From the IMG/VR virus record IMGVR_UViG_3300009183_000073: DNA of 64,000 nucleotides; one strand, written 5' to 3'. Below are positions 57,221-64,000 of the stretch, piece after piece. Both the position numbers and the translations under genes were made by a program. The notes beneath the pieces are model-generated. The model had not been told where the DNA came from. It saw nothing but the letters and a program-made list of their open reading frames with translations, and did no database searches. Source of the DNA: an uncultured virus (IMG/VR IMGVR_UViG_3300009183_000073). Its lineage: Duplodnaviria > Heunggongvirae > Uroviricota > Caudoviricetes. Position 1 is the stretch's first letter. Each line of letters opens with the position of its first letter.

Positions 57221-58108
57221 ATGGCAACAGAAATTTCTAAGCTTTTAAAGGAAGCTACTCAAGGTATATTAACTGATGAAACTTTAACACAAATTCAAGA
57301 AGCATTTGATAGTGCTGTTGACGAAAGAGTTAAAATTCATGTCGAGAAAGCTTTAATCGAACAAGATTCTGAATATACCCAAAAGGCAGAACAGTTATTA
57401 GAAGCTATTGATAAGGATCATTGTAAAAAGTTAGAACGTGTTGTTGAAGCTTTAGATGCCAACAATGCAAATAAATTACAAATGGTTGTTGGTAGATATA
57501 GAAAAGTTATCAAGGAACAAGCTAATCAATTCAAGGATGAATTAATTGATAAAGTATCTGATTATATTTCTATCTTCATCGAATCCAAGATCCCACAAAA
57601 ATCAATTAACGAAGCTGTTAAGAATCACAAGGCTAGAATCATACTAAACAATTTGAGAGAAAATCTTGCAATTGATTCCGCTTTGATGAGCGAATCATTA
57701 AAGGGTGCTCTTATAGATGGTAAGAATCAAATTGATGAAGCTCGTAAGCAAGCAAGTAAAGCTAGCACAGAATTAGTCGAACTTCGCGAATCTTTAGACA
57801 AGTCCAAAGCTAAGTTAGTTTTAGAACAGAAGACTGCACATTTAAATGCAAAGAAGAAGGAATACGCACTTCGTGTATTTGAAGGCAAGTCCCCAAAATT
57901 CATAATCGAAAATATCGATTACACTCTTTCGCTTTTTGATAAGAAGGAAGAAGAACGTCTTAGCACTTTAAAGGAAGAAGCTTTTGAATCTCGCAAAGTA
58001 AAAGCTGATAGAGTTGTCTTGGAAGAAGATACGCAAGATTCTTCACAAGATACTCAAGAAAATTTCGGTCACGTTCAAAATTATATGAACGAGTTAGGTA
58101 AATACTAA
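57221..58108 (+). CDS. gp22: Prohead core scaffold protein
   Basis: Coiled-coil, acidic; directly upstream of the capsid gene; many [LI]-x-E sites; C-terminal VQNYM. Confidence 0.8.
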   Translation: MATEISKLLKEATQGILTDETLTQIQEAFDSAVDERVKIHVEKALIEQDSEYTQKAEQLLEAIDKDHCKKLERVVEALDANNANKLQMVVGRYRKVIKEQANQFKDELIDKVSDYISIFIESKIPQKSINEAVKNHKARIILNNLRENLAIDSALMSESLKGALIDGKNQIDEARKQASKASTELVELRESLDKSKAKLVLEQKTAHLNAKKKEYALRVFEGKSPKFIIENIDYTLSLFDKKEEERLSTLKEEAFESRKVKADRVVLEEDTQDSSQDTQENFGHVQNYMNELGKY

Positions 58109-58215
58109 TATGTTTACCTACAAAAATTTGGTAGAAGTATAAACATACTTGAGTTCCTGCACGTTACAGTAACATGCTTGAGGTCGAAAAACAAAAAGAA
58201 AGAAACAAAACACAT

Positions 58216-59742
58216 ATGAAACAAATCAAACCCGCACAATCGTATATCGATCAAGATCGCGCAAGACTTCTTTTAGAAAAGTGGGCACCAGTGCTCGACT
58301 ATACTTCTAAGAATGTTGCAGCTATCGAAGATGACAACACTCGTTTAAACACTGCAATGCTTTTGGAAAACCAAGAAGCCTATTGCTTACGTGAAGCTAA
58401 TGTTGCTGGAGGAAACTCAGGAGCCTTTGGCTACGGTGGTTCTTCCATTGGTAATGGTGACTCCGCAAACGGTTTCCCAGCTAACAGAGACTCTTACGCA
58501 CAAGGTGATGCTCGTCTTCCTAAGATCTTGATTCCCATGATCCGCCGTACCTTCCCTGAATTGATCACCAACGAAATCGTTGGGGTTCAACCAATGAGTG
58601 GTCCTGTTGGTCTCGCATTTGCACTTCGTTACAAGTATAGCAATCAAACTCTTGGTGGTAATTACCAAGACACTAGTGTTGGATCATCATCCCCACTTAG
58701 TGGACAATGGTTGCCTGCCCCAGGTGGAGTTAATGCTCACACCAATCCTCAGGTAAACTATACTGGTCAGAAGACTCCAGAAGGTGACAATGAATTAGGA
58801 TTCCAACATCTCGATTCTAGTTACACTGGTGTTCGCAATAACGCACTATCAGGAAATGCTGATTGGGCCTTCGCAAATCAAGATCGTGGCGTAGCCGAAC
58901 TTCTCAAGAATTTCGAAATCAACGCTAACATCCCAACTGTCGAAGTCTCCTTCGAAAAGACCGCTGTTGAAGCTGGTACTCGTAGACTAGGTGCTAAATG
59001 GTCCGTTGAGCTAGAACAAGACTTAAAGAACATGAACGGTATCGACATCGATGCTGAGATCACAAATGCTATGGCATATGAGATCCAAGCTGAAATCGAC
59101 CGTGAAATGATTATCCGCATGATCCAAACCTCCTTAAATGGTGGTTTCGGAAAGGGATATTCTGTATGGTCTCCAATGTCTGCTGACGGTCGTTGGTTGG
59201 TTGAACGTAATCGTGACTTCTACCAGAGAGTTATTATCGAAGCAAACCGCATTGCTATCCGCAATCGTCGTGGACCCGCAAACTTCATCGTAGCAACACC
59301 TCGCGTGTGCGCTATTTTTGAAATGCTCCCCGAATTCCAGTGGGTAACCGTACAGGGCAATGTAACTACCCAGCAAACTGGCGTAGCTAAGGTTGGTTCA
59401 CTCGGTGGCAGATTCCAGATCTATCGTGATACCCGCACCGAAGTACAGAACAGTAATGTTTATGGTGACTTAGGTTATACAGGCCAGACCCCAGGTGTAG
59501 AGTACGCTCTACTTGGTTATAAAGGCTCAGAGTTTTATGACTCTGGTATTATCTATTGCCCATATATTCCTGTCATGATTCAGAGAACTATCGGGCCGAA
59601 TGACTTCGCTCCCCGCGTTGGTCTCTTGACAAGATATGGAGTGGTAGATAATATTTTTGGAGCTGCATTGTATTACCATACAATCATTCTCAAGAATCTT
59701 GGTCAGGCATTTACTCCTGGGAACCAGGCCGTATATTTTTAA
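58216..59742 (+). CDS. gp23: Major capsid protein
   Basis: LLEKWAPVL, LLENQ, GVQPMSGPVGLAFALR, RRLGAKWSVELEQDLK, EIQAEIDRE, YCPYIP, TRYG; likely start 58216. Confidence 0.97.
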   Translation: MKQIKPAQSYIDQDRARLLLEKWAPVLDYTSKNVAAIEDDNTRLNTAMLLENQEAYCLREANVAGGNSGAFGYGGSSIGNGDSANGFPANRDSYAQGDARLPKILIPMIRRTFPELITNEIVGVQPMSGPVGLAFALRYKYSNQTLGGNYQDTSVGSSSPLSGQWLPAPGGVNAHTNPQVNYTGQKTPEGDNELGFQHLDSSYTGVRNNALSGNADWAFANQDRGVAELLKNFEINANIPTVEVSFEKTAVEAGTRRLGAKWSVELEQDLKNMNGIDIDAEITNAMAYEIQAEIDREMIIRMIQTSLNGGFGKGYSVWSPMSADGRWLVERNRDFYQRVIIEANRIAIRNRRGPANFIVATPRVCAIFEMLPEFQWVTVQGNVTTQQTGVAKVGSLGGRFQIYRDTRTEVQNSNVYGDLGYTGQTPGVEYALLGYKGSEFYDSGIIYCPYIPVMIQRTIGPNDFAPRVGLLTRYGVVDNIFGAALYYHTIILKNLGQAFTPGNQAVYF

Positions 59743-59771
59743 ATTTAAGTATTTAAAAATAAAGCACTTAT

Positions 59772-59804
59772 AAAGAACCACAGAGAAATCTGTGGTTCTT
59801 TTTT
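59772..59804 (+). terminator. Intrinsic terminator after the capsid gene
   Basis: AAAGAACCACAGA-GAAA-TCTGTGGTTCTTTTTT. Confidence 0.88.
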
Positions 59805-59825
59805 GTTTCATACTAAATACTATGT

Positions 59826-60203
59826 ATGAAATCATTTAATAAATTAACAGACAATCTTCTATTAGAAGCAAAAGAAGATGTAAACGAACTTCACAAGTTT
59901 ATAGAAAAAAGAAAAACTGGTGCTGATAAAATTCGTAAAAGTTCCGAAGCAAAAGGTGGTCCCGCTATATTAACAGCAATACATTTTGCAGCTAAAGAAG
60001 TCCCATACAAACAAGCCTTACAATTATCTACAAAAGATTCTTGCAATAAGACTTTAAAGAAAAAAGGAGATGAACTAGCTTCTAAATTAAAATCTTGGCA
60101 TACTATGTCCCAAAAAGAATTTCAACATGTGATGGGACAATTAGAAGCTTATGGAGAAGTATATATAAAATCAGTTAAACCTGATTCTATTAAATTGGAT
60201 TAA
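59826..60203 (+). CDS. Late protein, candidate internal head protein
   Basis: TAAATA 6 nt before ATG; MKSFNKLTDNLLLE-A. Confidence 0.65.
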   Translation: MKSFNKLTDNLLLEAKEDVNELHKFIEKRKTGADKIRKSSEAKGGPAILTAIHFAAKEVPYKQALQLSTKDSCNKTLKKKGDELASKLKSWHTMSQKEFQHVMGQLEAYGEVYIKSVKPDSIKLD

Positions 60204-60925
60204 TTACGAATCGTATTTAATTTTTCTACTTTATATCCTTTAGATGATTTAATAATATTATTAGAACATCTATTTAGATTGGAAGCTTCTAATTTATTTT
60301 GTTTTGCGTATTCAGTTAAATTATCCACTATTATTTTATTTCCATGTGGATCAACTATTAAAAAATGTCCATTATATTTTGTTTTCTTGTTTTCTATTTT
60401 TAAGTCATATTTATTTTTTACCCAGATATATTTTTTTGGTTTATTTATAATAGAACTTATATTATTTGGTTTACAATTTAATGTTTTAGCTATATCTTTT
60501 ACTTTAACATTTTTATTATATAAATTAAACATTAAAATTACTTCATCATCCGTAAATTTGCGTTGAGATTCGAAATGATTTATTAAATAAGATTCATCAA
60601 ATTTTAACCCTAATGTAGAAGCTGCTGTTTTACATATATTGTATTTCGGAACTAATGTATCTAAAAAATATTGTTCCTTTTCAATACATTTATCTTTTGA
60701 ACATATTTCTAAAATTGAAAATATAAAATCTATATTTTTGTATTTATTATAACTATGTTGAAGAAATTTACATGGATTTTTATTTATATGTAGTAATCTT
60801 CTATGATTTAAAAATCTTTTATTAAAACTAATAGAAGCACTTCCTATATAAAATTCATTATTAACAGGATTTTCTATTTTATAAATTCCTGTTTGTTTTA
60901 AATTTTCTTCTAATGTTATTAACAT
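60200..60925 (-). CDS. GIY-YIG homing endonuclease
   Basis: TGIYKIEN..FYIGSA..FNKRF..H, LEIC..EQYFLD..PKYN; likely ATG at 60925 just after the upstream stop. Confidence 0.88.
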   Translation of the reverse strand: MLITLEENLKQTGIYKIENPVNNEFYIGSASISFNKRFLNHRRLLHINKNPCKFLQHSYNKYKNIDFIFSILEICSKDKCIEKEQYFLDTLVPKYNICKTAASTLGLKFDESYLINHFESQRKFTDDEVILMFNLYNKNVKVKDIAKTLNCKPNNISSIINKPKKYIWVKNKYDLKIENKKTKYNGHFLIVDPHGNKIIVDNLTEYAKQNKLEASNLNRCSNNIIKSSKGYKVEKLNTIRN

Positions 60926-60926
60926 A

Positions 60927-61205
60927 TTATTTCCAATCTTTGCAAGCCATTGCTTGTGGCGAACCTGCTTTAGCATGTGAACAATTATGTCTTTTTTTAA
61001 AGCTCTTCTTTCTTTTTGTATTACCAGATTTTCCAGTTACTCTAACACCAGCTTGACCCCAGTGTATGCGTTTAATACTGCCATCTGATTGGCGAGCACA
61101 CTTAGTCCACTTCTTTCCTTTCCTTGTTGAAGAAGCTTTCTTTGTTACTTTAGTACACTTCTCTTCCATCAACATTACATAATTAATTAACTCATCAAAG
61201 TTCAT
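60927..61205 (-). CDS. Small basic late protein
   Basis: TAAATA 5 nt before ATG; MNFDELINYVMLMEE-K; KRIHWGQ..RKKSFKKRHNC...ACKDW. Confidence 0.7.
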   Translation of the reverse strand: MNFDELINYVMLMEEKCTKVTKKASSTRKGKKWTKCARQSDGSIKRIHWGQAGVRVTGKSGNTKRKKSFKKRHNCSHAKAGSPQAMACKDWK

Positions 61206-61257
61206 AATATTATTTATCCACTATAGAAAAAATATAATAATATAGATAAATAATAAC

Positions 61258-61644
61258 ATGGCTACTTTTTCAAATCATGTTTTTGATGCTTCCACTCAAA
61301 CACCTCCACCACTTAACGTAAGTTTATCTGGTTCTAGCAATAGTGTTATATTACGTTCGTTAGGAACCCTTAGTGGTAAGACCGTTGCTGGTTTATTATA
61401 TAATGAAATTAGCACTGCCACAACTGCAACTACTAGTGTATCTGTTGCTGTAGGGACTGTATTTTCAGTACATCCAAAGTATGATGGTTCTACTTTTGCA
61501 TTATATTTTACTGATAAATCAACTTGTTTATTCACTGTCAATACTGCATATGGAACGGATGTAGTTCAATATTTAGCTGCTAGTGTTATTGGTTATGAAA
61601 ATAGAGGTCCTAGTGAAGTGAGAAGATTTGCTATAGAAGGTTAA
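61258..61644 (+). CDS. Hypothetical late (virion) protein
   Basis: TAAATA at 61247-61252; own terminator downstream. Confidence 0.6.
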   Translation: MATFSNHVFDASTQTPPPLNVSLSGSSNSVILRSLGTLSGKTVAGLLYNEISTATTATTSVSVAVGTVFSVHPKYDGSTFALYFTDKSTCLFTVNTAYGTDVVQYLAASVIGYENRGPSEVRRFAIEG

Positions 61645-61658
61645 GTTATTTTTTGTTT

Positions 61659-61689
61659 AAAAAACCCCGTCTAAATGACGGGGTTTTTT
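61659..61689. terminator. Intrinsic terminator
   Basis: AAAAAACCCCGTC-TAAAT-GACGGGGTTTTTT. Confidence 0.85.
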
Positions 61690-61712
61690 GTTATATACTA
61701 TTAAATATTTTT

Positions 61713-62294
61713 ATGGGGCTAATATTTGAAAGATCTAAAACTGGTTTTTTAAATCCAGTTAATAGTACAGTAGATAAATTAATTTCTGCATCAAATGGAT
61801 TGATGTGTTTAAAGAGTACAATATTCGGTGGCATACCGAATCTTTCTGGTATAATGATGGGATTAGCTGGAATGATTGCTGGTATGATATCAGCAATTGT
61901 AGCATCAGTTACAGATGTTATAACTAAAAGAGTAGGTCAGATTGTGAATTCTATTTTATCTCCAATAAGACAGATAGAACAAATTATTACAGATATTACA
62001 AAAGTATTAATATCTACTCAAAATATTTTAGATAAAGCATTAAACATGAATTCTTATTTTCAAGACAAACAGAATTGTGCTAATTCAGCAGCGCAATTAA
62101 TGAATTGTTTAGCGCAATCCGCTATAAATAAAATATCTTCGAAAGTTGCTATGGATGTAGATAAATTTGTAGGACCAATAGCAAATTCAGTTTCTAAAGA
62201 AGCATTCAAAGTTAATGGAAGTATTTCTAATTACGTTAATAGACAAACTGGATTTATTGCAAAAGCACAATTACAGACTAAATTATTAACATAA
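61713..62294 (+). CDS. Hypothetical helical protein (baseplate/tail region)
   Basis: ATG at 61713, 5 nt after TAAATA; the ORF-track TTG start lies in the terminator region. Confidence 0.6.
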   Translation: MGLIFERSKTGFLNPVNSTVDKLISASNGLMCLKSTIFGGIPNLSGIMMGLAGMIAGMISAIVASVTDVITKRVGQIVNSILSPIRQIEQIITDITKVLISTQNILDKALNMNSYFQDKQNCANSAAQLMNCLAQSAINKISSKVAMDVDKFVGPIANSVSKEAFKVNGSISNYVNRQTGFIAKAQLQTKLLT

Positions 62295-62295
62295 T

Positions 62296-63543
62296 ATGGG
62301 AAATCCTTTAGACGAAAAGCATTACGGATTCTTTAAAGGAATTGTTGTTCAGAACAATGATCCAGAAAGAAGGGGAAGAGTTAAATTAGCAATACCAGAA
62401 TTTATTGTAGAACATGTGAGAGATGCTGGATTAGATCCAGATGTATACGCATGTAGATTTATTGGAGGAGAGAACATTACAAGTATATTCAATGCAGAAA
62501 CTTTAAAGAAATTCTGTGATAATTTAAGATGGGCTGAACAAGCAGCACCACTTATAGGAGGTGGTACTTCTGGAGTATTTGATGCAAAAAATAAAATAGC
62601 TACTGTAGGAGAAGGTCATAGAGGAATTTTGAGAGAACCAGTAGCAGAAGAAAGTGTAACACCTTCTGGTGAATCTGTATCACCGAAAGCTGCCATGTCA
62701 GTTCACGGAACTGCTGGAGGATTCGATCAGGGTGTGCGAACGGGAATGTGTGATGTATATAATCAATCATATGCACCAACGGCAATTAACAATGCTACTA
62801 AAGGAGTGTTTTCAGTTCCTCGTGTAGGTTCTCAAGTATGGGTATTTTTTGATGGAGGTAGTTTATTACACCCAGTATACATGGCATATGTATATGATCA
62901 AAACGATTGGAATAGTGTAATGAATCCACAAGGAGCCAATCCCAGTCTTCATTATCCCGCTGGTAGCGAGAACATGCAAGATGAGGAACCATTCTTTTTT
63001 ACTGGACAAACAGTTATCAATACTAAAGCGGGTTCATTAGAATTTATAGAAACAGATGACTTTGAAAAAATAAAACTATCACATTATAGTGGTTCGTTTT
63101 ATGAAATAGGAAATGGAACAACAGTAGAAGTAAATGTTTCTAATAAAGCAACTGTAACAAATATAAACGAACACCATACAATAAAGGGAGATAGTTCATT
63201 TGTTTGTCATGGAGATAGACATGAAGTTTATAGAGGACACTTTCATATAACTTATGGAGATCCAGATAACAAAACTTTATATGATGATTGGGTAGAAACT
63301 GCGTCTCCAGCATTTGCACATGCAGCACAATTCGAACAAAAAGAAAGAGTCATAAAAGATCCAACTAAAGATGGTGCTGCCAAAAGTAATGCAAATACAA
63401 CTAACAAACATCCAAACAGATTAACTTTTAATACTGGGAATTGGGCTGGAACTTTGAAAGGCATGAATCCATCTTCACATGAAAAGAGAATACAACACGA
63501 ATATATGGGATCACAAGGCGGATTTAAGGTTGAACCTGTTTAA
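62296..63543 (+). CDS. gp5: Baseplate hub/spike protein N-terminal part (gp5/VgrG-like OB fold)
   Basis: GIVVQNNDPERRGRVK, WAEQA, GVFSVPRVGSQVWVFFDGG..HPVY, HYSGSFYEI, beta-helix-like repeats. Confidence 0.75.
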   Translation: MGNPLDEKHYGFFKGIVVQNNDPERRGRVKLAIPEFIVEHVRDAGLDPDVYACRFIGGENITSIFNAETLKKFCDNLRWAEQAAPLIGGGTSGVFDAKNKIATVGEGHRGILREPVAEESVTPSGESVSPKAAMSVHGTAGGFDQGVRTGMCDVYNQSYAPTAINNATKGVFSVPRVGSQVWVFFDGGSLLHPVYMAYVYDQNDWNSVMNPQGANPSLHYPAGSENMQDEEPFFFTGQTVINTKAGSLEFIETDDFEKIKLSHYSGSFYEIGNGTTVEVNVSNKATVTNINEHHTIKGDSSFVCHGDRHEVYRGHFHITYGDPDNKTLYDDWVETASPAFAHAAQFEQKERVIKDPTKDGAAKSNANTTNKHPNRLTFNTGNWAGTLKGMNPSSHEKRIQHEYMGSQGGFKVEPV

Positions 63544-63562
63544 GTGATGTGTAAATACTGTC

Positions 63563-64000
63563 ATGGCTGATATAAAGAATACTCAAGAATTTGAAAAGGG
63601 TAATCAGGAAGAAGTTTTATTAAAAGTATCAGAGAATTTATTACCAATCGAACAGCAAATCAAGGCTGGTGGTGATCAGCATATCACATACGAAAAAAAT
63701 AAGTATGAACATATCGGTTCTGTTACAAATCAATTCCCCCCTATTCGTGTAGATGTACAAGGCAAGTTCAGACCTAAGTCTGTAGATATATCTGGTAAGG
63801 GATCTTTTGTTAATTATCAGCCAGTATCATATACTGAAGAAGTAGAAAATACTAGATTCCCTTGTGGAACATATTCTGTAATGGTAGGAAACAGATATGA
63901 TTTAAGTGTAGGTAATGGAGGTATAGGATTTTCTACTGGTGGTGGAATGCGAATAGCTGCGGGTGGTAGAGCAAACATAACTTCAACCAAGGAAGTTAAT
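63563..64000 (+). CDS. Probable spike/baseplate protein (runs off the right edge; not in the ORF track)
   Basis: TAAATA 63552-63557, 5 nt before ATG; open to the window end: MADIKNTQEFEKGNQEEV...YSVMVGNRYDLSVGNGGIGFSTGGG. Confidence 0.65.
   Translation, partial: MADIKNTQEFEKGNQEEVLLKVSENLLPIEQQIKAGGDQHITYEKNKYEHIGSVTNQFPPIRVDVQGKFRPKSVDISGKGSFVNYQPVSYTEEVENTRFPCGTYSVMVGNRYDLSVGNGGIGFSTGGGMRIAAGGRANITSTKEVN

Noticed and set aside
58174..58215. Upstream ATG as the capsid start (likewise track starts at 11042, 18425, 25279, 41875, 54109, 60976, 61653)
   Set aside because: These extensions overlap upstream genes, terminators or structured leaders; downstream ATGs fit the coupling or promoter spacing seen elsewhere in the window.
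1..64000. Stop-codon reassignment or tRNA/rRNA genes
   Set aside because: Core genes are full length under the standard code with TAA, TAG and TGA all used as stops; intergenic gaps are short and I recognised no cloverleaf. tRNAscan-SE was not run.

Overview
An AT-rich, densely coding 64-kb segment of a large T4-like (Tevenvirinae-related, deep-branching) myovirus genome. It contains: (i) tail-fibre/receptor-binding type genes (1-6.3 kb); (ii) a mostly minus-strand replication/recombination module (primase gp61, clamp gp45, SSB gp32, probable gp59, UvsX, family-B polymerase gp43, gp46/47, late sigma gp55, UvsW, UvsY); (iii) a block of small late genes, PhoH, NUDIX and a P-loop kinase; (iv) an ~8.6-kb glycosyltransferase/methyltransferase/GDP-mannose-3,5-epimerase cluster; (v) gp62, a GroES-like protein and a DinG helicase; and (vi) the head/neck module (gp15, portal gp20, gp13, gp4, protease gp21, scaffold gp22, major capsid gp23) followed by gp5-like baseplate genes. 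Most notable: the DNA polymerase is fractured inside its catalytic GDTDS motif by a naturally split, Ser1/Ser+1 intein with a Vsr-like endonuclease gene between the halves; most transcription units have a promoter (TAAATA late motif or sigma70 -35/-10) placed 5-7 nt before the start codon with no Shine-Dalgarno, implying widespread leaderless mRNAs, with hairpins over several start regions; about a dozen unrelated late proteins share a T4 internal-protein-like N-terminal capsid-targeting/gp21-cleavage leader and carry diverse cargo (ASCH, retropepsin-like); and there is a candidate helical unimolecular spanin. All family calls come from motif recognition by eye and gene order; no database searches were run.
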